A stretch of 64,000 nucleotides of DNA from a virus, in the IMG/VR virus record IMGVR_UViG_3300046798_000124, positions 1 to 64,000 of that record; one strand, given 5' to 3'. The notes beneath the pieces are model-generated. The model was not told where the DNA came from, ran no database searches, and worked only from the letters and a program-made list of their open reading frames with translations. Each line of letters begins with the position of its first letter. Position 1 is the stretch's first letter. A program made the position numbers and the translations under genes. Below, piece by piece: positions 53,598 through 62,476 of the stretch.

Positions 53598-54153
53598 GCC
53601 CCGCTGCTGGCAGCTGATCTGGGACGGCCCGCCGCCACCGAACATGAACGGCTCGGACAGTCCGTTCCGCCGACGAGCCGCCCGCCGTCTCTGGCGCGCC
53701 AACGCGGCAGTGTTGGCCATCGCCGCCGGTCTGCCCCGGCGCGAGATCGTGCGCTATCTGGTCTCGGGGGTGATCAGCCGCCGCGCCCTGCTGGTGGCCG
53801 ATCAGGACGGCGACGTGAGTAGGTTCAAGAGCGTCATCGACGGACTGGTCGATGGCGACTACCTGCCCGGTGATAGCAGGCGGTACGTCGAGTGGGGACC
53901 GATCACCGAGCGTCGAGGTCCGGCCGGGTTCGTGCTGACGATCGAGGAGTTACCAGCCGATGACGCCGCCACGGTGCGTGCTCAGGCCCACTACACCCGC
54001 AACGACAGCCTGGATCTCATGTCGGCCGTCCGACGCGCGCACCGGAGAGCCCGTACGGCACCGCCGACACCACGACGGGTGCAGGTCCCTGGCGGTCCAG
54101 CTCGACGCGCCCTCAGGGTGACGCGCGTCATCGATCCTGGGCGTGGGAGGTAG
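53590..54153 (+). CDS. RusA-like Holliday junction resolvase
   Basis: PPNMN...DQDG....KSVIDGLVDG....GD. Confidence 0.6.
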   Translation: MPEPRCWQLIWDGPPPPNMNGSDSPFRRRAARRLWRANAAVLAIAAGLPRREIVRYLVSGVISRRALLVADQDGDVSRFKSVIDGLVDGDYLPGDSRRYVEWGPITERRGPAGFVLTIEELPADDAATVRAQAHYTRNDSLDLMSAVRRAHRRARTAPPTPRRVQVPGGPARRALRVTRVIDPGRGR

Positions 54154-54156
54154 TCC

Positions 54157-54411
54157 GTGGACCGCAGGGAGATCCGGGCGCAGCTGAAGCTGCTGACGCT
54201 GATCAGCCAGTGCAGGACGCTGCTCCAGGCGACCCTGATCCTCAACGTCGGCGTCCTGGTGTTCGCGCTCTGGACCGGCGACCTCTGGGCGCTGGTCGGC
54301 ACCGGCGTCGTCAATCTGGCGATCCAGCACGCGGACGGACTGGCACTCCGCACCCACCAGCGCGTGCTCCGTGAGACCGGCGCCATGCTCGCAGCCTGGA
54401 GTGGCCGATGA
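54157..54411 (+). CDS. small two-TM membrane protein
   Basis: Hydrophobic pattern; GGAGG RBS. Confidence 0.55.
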   Translation: MDRREIRAQLKLLTLISQCRTLLQATLILNVGVLVFALWTGDLWALVGTGVVNLAIQHADGLALRTHQRVLRETGAMLAAWSGR

Positions 54412-54989
54412 CCTTACTCTCCGACGGGACCCTGCTCTCGCGCCTGCGCGGCGACCCCTCCTGGGAGCCGTGGCAACGGATCCGTATCGAGCCGTTCGAG
54501 GACAGCATGCTCCAGCCGTCCAGTGTCGATGTCCACCTCGGAGCGCGACTTCAGGTCTACACCGGTGCCGTCACCGACACGCGACGTGACAACAGCCCCT
54601 GGTGGGAGACGCTCCAGCTCTCCCACCGGATGGACGAGGTGACCGCCTGGGTCCTCCAGCCCCAGCGCTTCTACCTGGCCGTGCTGGAGCAGTACATCCG
54701 GGTGCCGGAGGACTGCTGCGGTCAGGTCAACGGCATCTCCTCCCGCGCGCGTGATGGTGTGACGATCCACCAGCAGGCCGGGTTGCTTGACCCTGGTTGG
54801 GAGGGGTGGGCGACGCTAGAGATGACGGTCGAGAACCCGAACACCGTGCTCTACCCACACCAGCGGATCGGTCAGGTGACATTCCAGCTGCTCGACCAGC
54901 GCTGCATGACTCCGTATTCTGGGCGGTACCAGGGAGACCGGACCCCCCAGCCGGCCCGCGTGCTGTCAGGAAAGGAACGACAGTCATGA
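54408..54989 (+). CDS. dcd: dCTP deaminase
   Basis: LLSD, QPSSVDVHLG, SSRARDG, AGLLDPGWEG..TLE, YSGRYQG. Confidence 0.9.
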   Translation: MTLLSDGTLLSRLRGDPSWEPWQRIRIEPFEDSMLQPSSVDVHLGARLQVYTGAVTDTRRDNSPWWETLQLSHRMDEVTAWVLQPQRFYLAVLEQYIRVPEDCCGQVNGISSRARDGVTIHQQAGLLDPGWEGWATLEMTVENPNTVLYPHQRIGQVTFQLLDQRCMTPYSGRYQGDRTPQPARVLSGKERQS

Positions 54990-55237
54990 TTGGGTTCACC
55001 GATGCCCTGTTCTACCTCGTCGCCGGCGCGGCTGTCGGCTACCTGCTCTGCGATCTGCTCCGCTACCGGCGGCGACGCCGCGAGCGCCTCGAGCTGGACC
55101 GGGTGATCCACCGCGTCGTGGCGCTCCCTCACGACATCCAGACCGTCGACCCGCCGCCCATCACCACACCGACGGACACCGAGCCGCGGAATCGGATCTG
55201 TCGCCCCACCGCTGGAGCCGACGATGGTCGACGTTGA
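54986..55237 (+). CDS. small membrane-anchored protein
   Basis: N-terminal TM segment then basic stretch. Confidence 0.55.
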   Translation: MIGFTDALFYLVAGAAVGYLLCDLLRYRRRRRERLELDRVIHRVVALPHDIQTVDPPPITTPTDTEPRNRICRPTAGADDGRR

Positions 55238-55622
55238 CGGCATCGAGATCCACCCCAGTGCCATCGATGGACGGACCCCCGACTACCAGGAGTTCTTGCG
55301 CACCTGGGGATCCCACTGCGGCGCGCCGAAGAGCGTCTTCCAGGGTCACCTCAACGCCCTGATCCACGCCGAGCAGGCCGAGATGGGCCGGTACGTGATC
55401 ACGCAAACCCAGGCGATGGTCGACCGCGCGGCGCCACGCCACCGCGCACTCGCTCGATTGCTCACCGACATCAGCGACCACCTGGAGGGTCACGACTGTT
55501 ACGTCGAGCACTGCCTCCAGACCATGGCACCGGACGCCACGATCTGTCCGGCCCGCGCCAGGCTGGTCGACCGCAGCCGCCGCGCCATCACCGTGCTCGG
55601 GCTCGGGGGCGAGGCTGCGTGA
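55224..55622 (+). CDS. hypothetical protein
   Basis: GGAG RBS. Confidence 0.55.
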   Translation: MVDVDGIEIHPSAIDGRTPDYQEFLRTWGSHCGAPKSVFQGHLNALIHAEQAEMGRYVITQTQAMVDRAAPRHRALARLLTDISDHLEGHDCYVEHCLQTMAPDATICPARARLVDRSRRAITVLGLGGEAA

Positions 55623-56080
55623 TGGCCGCCAACCCGCTCGACATCTCCCGTGACGCCCCACGCGACCTGGTCCGCCTGCCGGCCGAGATCAGCGCCCTGC
55701 CATCGGCCTTCGGGGCGCTGATGAAGACGTACCGCGTCCGCTGCGGCCTTTCCCAGAACAAGCTGGCGCGATCCGCCGGCTGCGATCCCGCCTATGTCAA
55801 CCGCCTCGAGCGCGCCCCGTCCACCACCACCTCACTCCCGAGTCGGCGGTTCGTGCTGGCCTTCTGGGAGGTCTTCATGGAGGCGACCACACACACCACC
55901 CGCCCGATCACCACCGATGACCGCGAGCGCCTGTTGGTTGCCGCCGGCCTCTGTCCTGAGACCATCCTGGCAGCCGGCGGCTGGGACGCCTTCGTCGGAC
56001 GGATTCGCCGTCAGGTCGTCATCGGCTTCGTGTCTACCATCGAGCAGCTTGACGAAAGCTTGAGTCCCGCCGACCTCTAG
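55619..56080 (+). CDS. XRE-family HTH protein
   Basis: FGALMKTYR...LSQNKLARSAGCDPAYVNRLE. Confidence 0.8.
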   Translation: MMAANPLDISRDAPRDLVRLPAEISALPSAFGALMKTYRVRCGLSQNKLARSAGCDPAYVNRLERAPSTTTSLPSRRFVLAFWEVFMEATTHTTRPITTDDRERLLVAAGLCPETILAAGGWDAFVGRIRRQVVIGFVSTIEQLDESLSPADL

Positions 56081-56099
56081 GAGTCGGGTTGGCAAGGAG

Positions 56100-56482
56100 G
56101 TGATGACTCCGCCAGCTAAAGCAGGCGGCTTCTTGCGAAGCGTTCTGCATCAACAGCGGCTTCCGTATCTACGCACGGACCAGTGTCCCACGTTAGCGAT
56201 ACGAGGCTCCATCCAAGCCCTGTGCCAGTGTGACTGGCGGCATGCACCTGCATACGACCACTCAATCAGTTTTACCCAGGCTGAGAGTTCGAGCCTGGAA
56301 CCCACCGAACTGATTCTCTTGTCAAGGTGCGGGCTCCTGCCTGTCGACAGGACACCGCTAGCGATTGAAGCTGAGCGGCAAGAAGAACCATACGACCTGA
56401 CGGTTGAGAACGTGTATCTGAGCGGGCTGCGGCCCTGCCCCATTCCGCTGCCAGCTAAAGCAGGCAGTCCCCTGGAGCATTT
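56100..56482 (-). mobile_element. non-autonomous IS200/IS605-family element (no tnpA/tnpB)
   Basis: Two related subterminal hairpins C(C/T)GCCTGCTTTAGCTGGC(G/A)G; right end finishes TCAC; splits AAGGAG from the next start codon. Confidence 0.8.
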
Positions 56483-56485
56483 CTG

Positions 56486-56824
56486 ATGGGCATGGCGAAC
56501 GAGCCACCGCGGTACCTGATCTGGATCGGTGACAACGCCTGGGTCGATCCCTTCGAGGTGATCGCGGTCGACGCCTACCTCGAGGAGGGCGACCCGTCAT
56601 GGGCCAGGTGCCGGGTGCTGTTGCGGTCTGGCCACATCCGCTTTGGACTGCGGTCTCCAGAGCGCGTCGTCGCCGCCGTCCGCCACCCGGAGCGCGAGAG
56701 CGAAGTCGCGGAGGCACGAGAGATCCACCCCGATCCGGAGACGCTCTCCTCGGAGCGGCATCGCGGCCAGGTCCACGACGTCTCGGCTCCCGAGCCGCTC
56801 CGTCCCAGATCCACCGAGGGGTAA
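56486..56824 (+). CDS. hypothetical protein
   Basis: ORF whose original RBS lies on the far side of the IS. Confidence 0.55.
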   Translation: MGMANEPPRYLIWIGDNAWVDPFEVIAVDAYLEEGDPSWARCRVLLRSGHIRFGLRSPERVVAAVRHPERESEVAEAREIHPDPETLSSERHRGQVHDVSAPEPLRPRSTEG

Positions 56825-56832
56825 GAACGACG

Positions 56833-57051
56833 ATGCCTGCGACCGACGACATGCAGCTGCGGCTCCGGATCGAGAACGTCAGCACCTACCAGACCGCCAT
56901 CGATGCCAAGGCCCAGATCCATGTCCGCCTGGACAGCGTGATCATGGGTCCGGTCGACACCCTGGTCGGCCTCCTGGCCGCCCGCCGTGACGGGTATCCC
57001 ATCGTGACCGTGACCGTGGTCGAGATCGCTCCAGAGATCGACGATGCCTGA
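56833..57051 (+). CDS. hypothetical protein
   Basis: Operon packing. Confidence 0.5.
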   Translation: MPATDDMQLRLRIENVSTYQTAIDAKAQIHVRLDSVIMGPVDTLVGLLAARRDGYPIVTVTVVEIAPEIDDA

Positions 57052-57280
57052 CATGAAGCACTCCGGACTGGTGATCCCCGCCAGCGTCAAGCAGGAGACC
57101 GGTAGTGCCCTCTGGCAGGCCTCCTGCTCGTGCGGCTGGTCCCACGAGCGCACCAACAGCCAGCGGAACAACGCGACGCGTGCCCTCTCGCGGCACCTTC
57201 GGGCAGTTCGGAGCGACTCACCAGGGACCGATCAGCCAGCGCCACCAGGACTGCGTCGAGGGCGTTGGTGCGGGCTCTGA
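57044..57280 (+). CDS. small Zn-binding protein
   Basis: H...CSCGW...H. Confidence 0.55.
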   Translation: MPDMKHSGLVIPASVKQETGSALWQASCSCGWSHERTNSQRNNATRALSRHLRAVRSDSPGTDQPAPPGLRRGRWCGL

Positions 57281-57991
57281 CGCCTGGCGGGTCTCCAGCG
57301 CCAGCAGCGCGGCCTCCGCGACCAGGCGGCGATTCTCCGCGTACCGCACCGCCGCCTCCAGCTCGACACGCGTCGTGGTAGCCTCGGCCGTGACGCGTGC
57401 CGTCTCGCGTCGTGACGCGTCAAGATCGGTCTCGCTACGCTCGAGCTTCGCCCGCAACGCACCGATCATCTCGCTCCTCTCGACGAGCTGGGCGACCAGC
57501 TGCGGCACCACGCCTCCCGACACCTCCACGGACACGTCAGACGCGTGCTGATCGGTCTCTGACGTGTGGTGGTCCACCGGTGGCGGCGTCACTGACGCCT
57601 GCTGATCGCTGTCTGACGGCTGCCAATCTGGCGGCGACGTGTCAGGTTCTGTCAGGTTGTGTTGGGGTAGGGGTAGGTTAAGGGGAGGTTTGGGGTCTTC
57701 TGTCGAGGCCCCTTCGAGGGCAGCCGGCAGCTTGACCTGGAAGTAGCTGCCCTGAGGACGCTTCAACTGCTCGGCGATGACGGGTACCGTGGACCCGTCA
57801 TGAAGCGTCCAGGATGGCGCTCCAGCGCTGATCCGACGCCTGACCGTCGGCGTCGAGATTCCCAGCATCCTGGCGGCGTCCTCGACAGAATACCACTGCC
57901 ATCCGTCGTCGGTGACGTGTGCGTTGATCGGTCCCACCTCGGTCGGCGGCACGCGTCTGACGGATGGCCGACGCGTGGCATGATCGCACAT
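57218..57991 (-). CDS. HTH + coiled-coil protein (pSK1 Par/RacA-like architecture); start uncertain
   Basis: YSVEDAARMLGISTPTVRRRI; coiled coil; C-terminal SWWRWL. Confidence 0.65.
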   Translation of the reverse strand: MCDHATRRPSVRRVPPTEVGPINAHVTDDGWQWYSVEDAARMLGISTPTVRRRISAGAPSWTLHDGSTVPVIAEQLKRPQGSYFQVKLPAALEGASTEDPKPPLNLPLPQHNLTEPDTSPPDWQPSDSDQQASVTPPPVDHHTSETDQHASDVSVEVSGGVVPQLVAQLVERSEMIGALRAKLERSETDLDASRRETARVTAEATTTRVELEAAVRYAENRRLVAEAALLALETRQASEPAPTPSTQSWWRWLIGPW

Positions 57992-58169
57992 GACGGGTGG
58001 CGTGACGCGTACTCGGCGCTCGCACCGTGACCCATCGTGATGGAATCGTGATGGAGGCGGGCACCGACGTGCGTACCGTCGTCGGTACGTCACTCGTGTG
58101 ACTCGACAGAACACCCCGACTGTTTACAGGTGACAGCGCGACGCGCTGAGGCGTACCATCGGAGATGTT

Positions 58170-58196
58170 GCTGAGCGGTGTCACCACCGCTCAGCA
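58170..58196. other. GC-rich hairpin, possible terminator after the lysis operon
   Basis: GCTGAGCGGTG-TCAC-CACCGCTCAGC. Confidence 0.5.
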
Positions 58197-58491
58197 CCGT
58201 GCGGGGTCGAGGGTCAGGTAAGGGCGTACCCGATCCCCGGCCTCGCGCCTTGCTAAGAGCAGTCCCCCCTGCTCTCGGCGTGCTCACGACGAAGGCCGCG
58301 CCTATGGGGATACGCGCGGCCCACCTTGCGTCGTCACTGCACACTCAACACTAAACCGGTTCTCCACCCGCTGACAAGGGAGAAACAGTCTATTTCATGA
58401 AAGTTCCAGGCTGTTCGTGTCACAACCGCGCCGACAGGAAAAGAGGGGAGGCTCCATCCTGCCAGCACGGTCGCCCCGTGGGGTGCGGGCA

Positions 58492-58602
58492 TCATCCCAG
58501 GAGGTCAGGGGGTGGCAACGTGTCCTCGCCGTCGATCTCCTGTCGGACGAGGCTGACCATGACGACGCCACACGCGAGCAGCAGGAGCACCAGCAGTCCC
58601 AT
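58492..58602 (-). CDS. 36-aa membrane peptide downstream of endolysin
   Basis: GAGGAGG RBS; MGLLVLLLLACGVVMVSLVRQE. Confidence 0.45.
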   Translation of the reverse strand: MGLLVLLLLACGVVMVSLVRQEIDGEDTLPPPDLLG

Positions 58603-58623
58603 GGTCCACACGGTCGCCTCCTC

Positions 58624-59979
58624 TCAAGCCACGGGTGCGTACCGCTCGAGGCGGCCGACGGTGAGCAAATAGGTGTAGCTCACGCCGTTCTGACCGGTGG
58701 CCTGCTCGATGTCGTGAGGCGAGGGGGCGCCCAGCGGTAGCCAGGTCGAGCAGCGCACTGCCGGCAGCGTATTGTCCACCGCCATGGCGTCAAGAATTCC
58801 GGAGCCAATCTGTCCCCGCCACGGTCCATACGGATCGGTCGGATCCGGTGGCGAGATCGGCATCTCGGCCTCGGCGGCGGTATGGACCAGCCGCACGAGT
58901 GAGAAGCTCCCCAGGTACTCGAACTGCTCACGGTTCATGACCTGGCCAACCCCTTTCCACCCAAAAGCTGGGTTGGCGAGGAGCAGCTTGCCGTCAGCGG
59001 TCCCACGACAACCAGACCAGTGTCCCCAGGCCCTGCCGCCAATCAGCAGCGGGTGCTTCCGCGTCCTGGCTTCGGCTACGACGTCGTCGAACTCGACGTG
59101 GGCGTCCCACTCGCCGTGGTAACCGTTCTCGCCGTAGTGGCGCGTTGCCCAGGCAGCGAGGTTCTCGCCAGTCGCCAGCAAGAGGCCCTCGTCCATACTG
59201 ACGACACCCTCTGACAGCATGCTGTTCTCCAGCCACTGCTCGGTCGGTAGCCTGCCGTACGAAAAAAGTCCCCACCTCATACTCGTGCAAGAACACGACC
59301 AATTGTCGTTTTGACTAATGGCAGGGTAGGTCCAGTCGAAGGTTGGCAGCGGTATCTCGGCGGGTGGTGACACGGCGACTCCTCCTGGTGGACCGAGGTC
59401 GCGGCAGATGCCGGCGATCCGTGCTGCACCTTCTGGATCGCGCCCGCCGTAGACCAGCTGTCTGACCCAGCCCCAGTCCTGCTCCTCGCAGGCATTGATC
59501 AGGGAGTACCCCTGCGGGTAGCTGACACTGGGCAAGGCACGGGTGTCTCTGAACCAGAGCGCGATGATCGCCGCCGCCACGTCCGGATCGAGCGCCCCAT
59601 CCGGGTTGCTGACGAGGTCGATACTCCCAGGAGCGGCACCCCACAGCGACTCGACTTTCTGGCCATACGTCCGATAGTTATTCTCGTGCGTCAGTTGGAT
59701 TTCACCTCGCCCAAAAAATGGATAATAGTCGAGTGTTTTTCGATAAGATTCCGCAGGCTCGGGCTCCCCCAGGTAGCACCCCTCCCTGACAGGAGCAAAC
59801 TCCGAGGCTGACTCGATCGCGGTTGTACCCTGGACCCCTATCGCGACGTTGGGGGTCCAGATCCCACAGGCGTTCAGCTGCGCTGCAATGCGGGGCCAAT
59901 GCTCTCGAACATTGTCGAGCGGACACTCGCAGGCCAGGGCGATGCGGTCTGCTGGCCAGAAGCTCCACGGATCGATCAT
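58624..59979 (-). CDS. endolysin: GH19 glycosidase + C39-like peptidase
   Basis: FFGRGEIQLTHENNY...DLVSNPD; QNDNWSCS..H..LANPA; GGAG RBS before MIDPW. Confidence 0.85.
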   Translation of the reverse strand: MIDPWSFWPADRIALACECPLDNVREHWPRIAAQLNACGIWTPNVAIGVQGTTAIESASEFAPVREGCYLGEPEPAESYRKTLDYYPFFGRGEIQLTHENNYRTYGQKVESLWGAAPGSIDLVSNPDGALDPDVAAAIIALWFRDTRALPSVSYPQGYSLINACEEQDWGWVRQLVYGGRDPEGAARIAGICRDLGPPGGVAVSPPAEIPLPTFDWTYPAISQNDNWSCSCTSMRWGLFSYGRLPTEQWLENSMLSEGVVSMDEGLLLATGENLAAWATRHYGENGYHGEWDAHVEFDDVVAEARTRKHPLLIGGRAWGHWSGCRGTADGKLLLANPAFGWKGVGQVMNREQFEYLGSFSLVRLVHTAAEAEMPISPPDPTDPYGPWRGQIGSGILDAMAVDNTLPAVRCSTWLPLGAPSPHDIEQATGQNGVSYTYLLTVGRLERYAPVA

Positions 59980-60106
59980 CGATGTCGCTCCAGACTGGCC
60001 GCCTTCCGCCAGTTCGCGCGTGTGCTGTACCGAGCGCCGAGGCGCTGGCTCGACGGCTTGCGCGGGCGCGTCGGTGGTCGGCGCTGGCGTGCTCCACGCA
60101 GCCGCC

Positions 60107-60199
60107 TCACGGCCCAAGCACCACCTTCCAGAACGCCTGACCCCACAGCACCCAGGCGACCAGCAGCCCGATCAAGAGCAGCAGCAGGAAGAGCCCCAT
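60107..60199 (-). CDS. 30-aa membrane peptide in lysis cassette
   Basis: MGLFLLLLLIGLLVAWVLWGQAFWKVVLGP; TGATG coupling. Confidence 0.5.
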   Translation of the reverse strand: MGLFLLLLLIGLLVAWVLWGQAFWKVVLGP

Positions 60200-60411
60200 C
60201 AGTCGTCCCCTGGTGTGACGGTGCGGTTGACTGCAGTGGTGACGATCGTGTTCCAGGCGCCAAGCACTATTGCAAACCAGGATAACCCTAAGATGAATGG
60301 CGGTTCGGTTGAGGCCACGGTGAGTTGGCTGACAGGCCAGCCGATCAGCGACCCGATCAAAAGCACCCAGGCCAGGATCACCTGGGCACGCGGGCTCATG
60401 AGGGCGTTCAT
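60199..60411 (-). CDS. holin-like two-TM protein
   Basis: Two TM segments; upstream of endolysin. Confidence 0.6.
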   Translation of the reverse strand: MNALMSPRAQVILAWVLLIGSLIGWPVSQLTVASTEPPFILGLSWFAIVLGAWNTIVTTAVNRTVTPGDD

Positions 60412-60701
60412 CCGCCGTTCCGACTGACCAGGATCAGCCCAAGCTCCTGCTCGCCCGACCTGGGGTACCGAGCGTCAACCCGCTGGAGGTACTGCTCCAG
60501 CCGATCCAGCCGCCCCTCGATGGACCTCAGGTGCATCAGCATGAACGTCTCGGTCTCGACAGAACGCTGGAGCATCGCGGCCAGCTGAGCCATCCCCTGG
60601 CAGGCGTGGATCGCTTCCAGAGCTTGTAACTCCTCGACCGTGAGCTTCCTCCCCGGGTCAGTCAGGTCCGCTTCCCACATCCTCTGACTCTGCTGCGTCA
60701 C
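60408..60701 (-). CDS. small coiled-coil protein
   Basis: Operon packing. Confidence 0.5.
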   Translation of the reverse strand: MTQQSQRMWEADLTDPGRKLTVEELQALEAIHACQGMAQLAAMLQRSVETETFMLMHLRSIEGRLDRLEQYLQRVDARYPRSGEQELGLILVSRNGG

Positions 60702-60705
60702 TGAC

Positions 60706-61884
60706 TCACACCTTTCGTATAAACATCACGACCTGGTACGGTGGATAGCCGTTGTTCGGGCCGGCGGTCGGGCTGTTGTTGACTCCGGTGTTGGCCGGAG
60801 TCGATCCGTCGATCTGACCAGGACCACCGGTGTTGTCGCTGTTCCCACCGGTATTGCCCGTGCCCGCCTGGCCGGTGTTCCCAGCGATATCCATCGTGCC
60901 AGGGTCGTGGGTATGACTCCCATCACCACTGGTGTTGCCGGTCCCGCCGGTGGTGTTCTGGCCGCTTGGCCCTGACGTTTTTCCGCTGATACTCAGCGGA
61001 CTGCCGCTATGGCTGTGGTCAGGTCCACTGTGGACGTGGCCGGACATGCCGTGGAGGTGGGGCGCGACGCCGTGCTGGTGGCTGGCCATCAAGTGGGTAT
61101 GGCCGGCCGTCCCGCCGACCTGGGTCAGCGCGCCGATACCAGGATTCCCCGTGAAGCCCGGGACACTGTCATCGAACCCAATCGGCATCAGGTTGCGCAT
61201 CGTTGTCTCGATGACCCAGCCGGATGGCGGGGTGTTGGCGTTGCGCCACATCGCGATCACCCCAACCGGCACCTCGACCGAGGCGCCTGGGACTGACGCG
61301 GCGATGTCAGCCTTCGCCTGGGCGTAGGTCAGTCCGTTGAACAGGTCGGCGTCCAGTCCGGAGTTGACCCCGTCGTTCATGCTATGCCAGATCTTGGCCC
61401 AGCCTATCGTCCCGCCGTTGACAATCATCCGGATGTAACTGTTCTTCACGTCGGAGATGTCGAACGCCAGCTGGACCCGGTAGTCAACCCCCCAACTGGG
61501 GTGGCGGGACTGGATCAGGTGCCAGTCGGCTGGCACTGGCGTGACAGGTGGTGCATCACCCACGACGGGGAACGCGATCCGATAGAACCCTGACCCCGGC
61601 AGCGCGCCCGCAAATGAGTTGACGTTGGGATCGACGCTGACCTGATTAACCTTCTGCTCGATCATCGCCGCGCTCGGGATGGTCCCGTTCTGGTAGTCGC
61701 CGGCCTGCAACAGGCGCCAGAGGGCGCTGGTCGGCCCGTTCGCGATCAGCAGCCGACTGGCGGCCAGCGGGTCGCCACCGGTCCGACTGTCCAGCAGCGC
61801 GACGTTGGTCCCAACGGAGTTGCCCCAGTTGGAGGTGATGATGTTGCCCGGCGCCCAGGTGACCGGCAGGGGTATCAGTGGCAT
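60706..61884 (-). CDS. tail fibre with collar domain and HxH metal-binding tip
   Basis: SGLDAD, VPVGVIAMW..PPSGW, repeated HxH, PPYQVVMFIRKV. Confidence 0.85.
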   Translation of the reverse strand: MPLIPLPVTWAPGNIITSNWGNSVGTNVALLDSRTGGDPLAASRLLIANGPTSALWRLLQAGDYQNGTIPSAAMIEQKVNQVSVDPNVNSFAGALPGSGFYRIAFPVVGDAPPVTPVPADWHLIQSRHPSWGVDYRVQLAFDISDVKNSYIRMIVNGGTIGWAKIWHSMNDGVNSGLDADLFNGLTYAQAKADIAASVPGASVEVPVGVIAMWRNANTPPSGWVIETTMRNLMPIGFDDSVPGFTGNPGIGALTQVGGTAGHTHLMASHQHGVAPHLHGMSGHVHSGPDHSHSGSPLSISGKTSGPSGQNTTGGTGNTSGDGSHTHDPGTMDIAGNTGQAGTGNTGGNSDNTGGPGQIDGSTPANTGVNNSPTAGPNNGYPPYQVVMFIRKV

Positions 61885-61887
61885 GAT

Positions 61888-62472
61888 TTACGTCCCCAGT
61901 CCACCCGGCGAGAAGCGTCCCACGAACGCCCGTGCTATCCAGTCGATGGAGCGCCCCGCCGCTCCCGTCACCGAGATCAGGGCGTCATTCCCACTGAAGG
62001 AGAAGCCGACCGTCCAGCTGGAGGCGGCTGGGTCCTGGTGTGTCACCAGGCTTGTCATCGCGCCAACCTGGACCGGTCCAGCAGCCAGACGCTTCACGGT
62101 CACGTCGACCTTGAGCTTCTTGACCGCGCCGTTCCCGGCGTCGACCCCCATGACCTTCGCCTCAATGTCGTAGCCTGTCATCGTCGAGAGTGGGAGACGG
62201 AGCAGTTCATGGGTGACACCGTCGGTGGTACGTATGACCCCGTCGGTCTCGGTCGCGGCGGCGAACTCGGTGACCAACGGTGGGGCCACATGGGCGTCGA
62301 CGACCGGTTCAGCCTCCGGCGGCAACGCAAGCTGCGTCCCGGTGTCGTCGTAGGTATGCAGGTTCGTCTGTTGCTGCTCGTCGAGAAACGTCCCCAGCCC
62401 CGGCACGATGATCGTGGCTGCCGCCAGCTCCTGCTGGAGCAGCGGGAGGTCGACGCGCTTCGTGATGATCAT
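61888..62472 (-). CDS. tail-associated protein
   Basis: Synteny; GAGGTG RBS. Confidence 0.6.
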   Translation of the reverse strand: MIITKRVDLPLLQQELAAATIIVPGLGTFLDEQQQTNLHTYDDTGTQLALPPEAEPVVDAHVAPPLVTEFAAATETDGVIRTTDGVTHELLRLPLSTMTGYDIEAKVMGVDAGNGAVKKLKVDVTVKRLAAGPVQVGAMTSLVTHQDPAASSWTVGFSFSGNDALISVTGAAGRSIDWIARAFVGRFSPGGLGT

Positions 62473-62476
62473 CGAC

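Noticed and set aside
56100-56486. 128-aa and 97-aa ORFs inside the IS element as transposase or TnpB
   Set aside because: No HUH/Y1 or RuvC/Zn-finger motifs.
59980-60117. N-terminal extension of endolysin in the ORF track
   Set aside because: A better RBS and ATGA coupling support the start at 59979.
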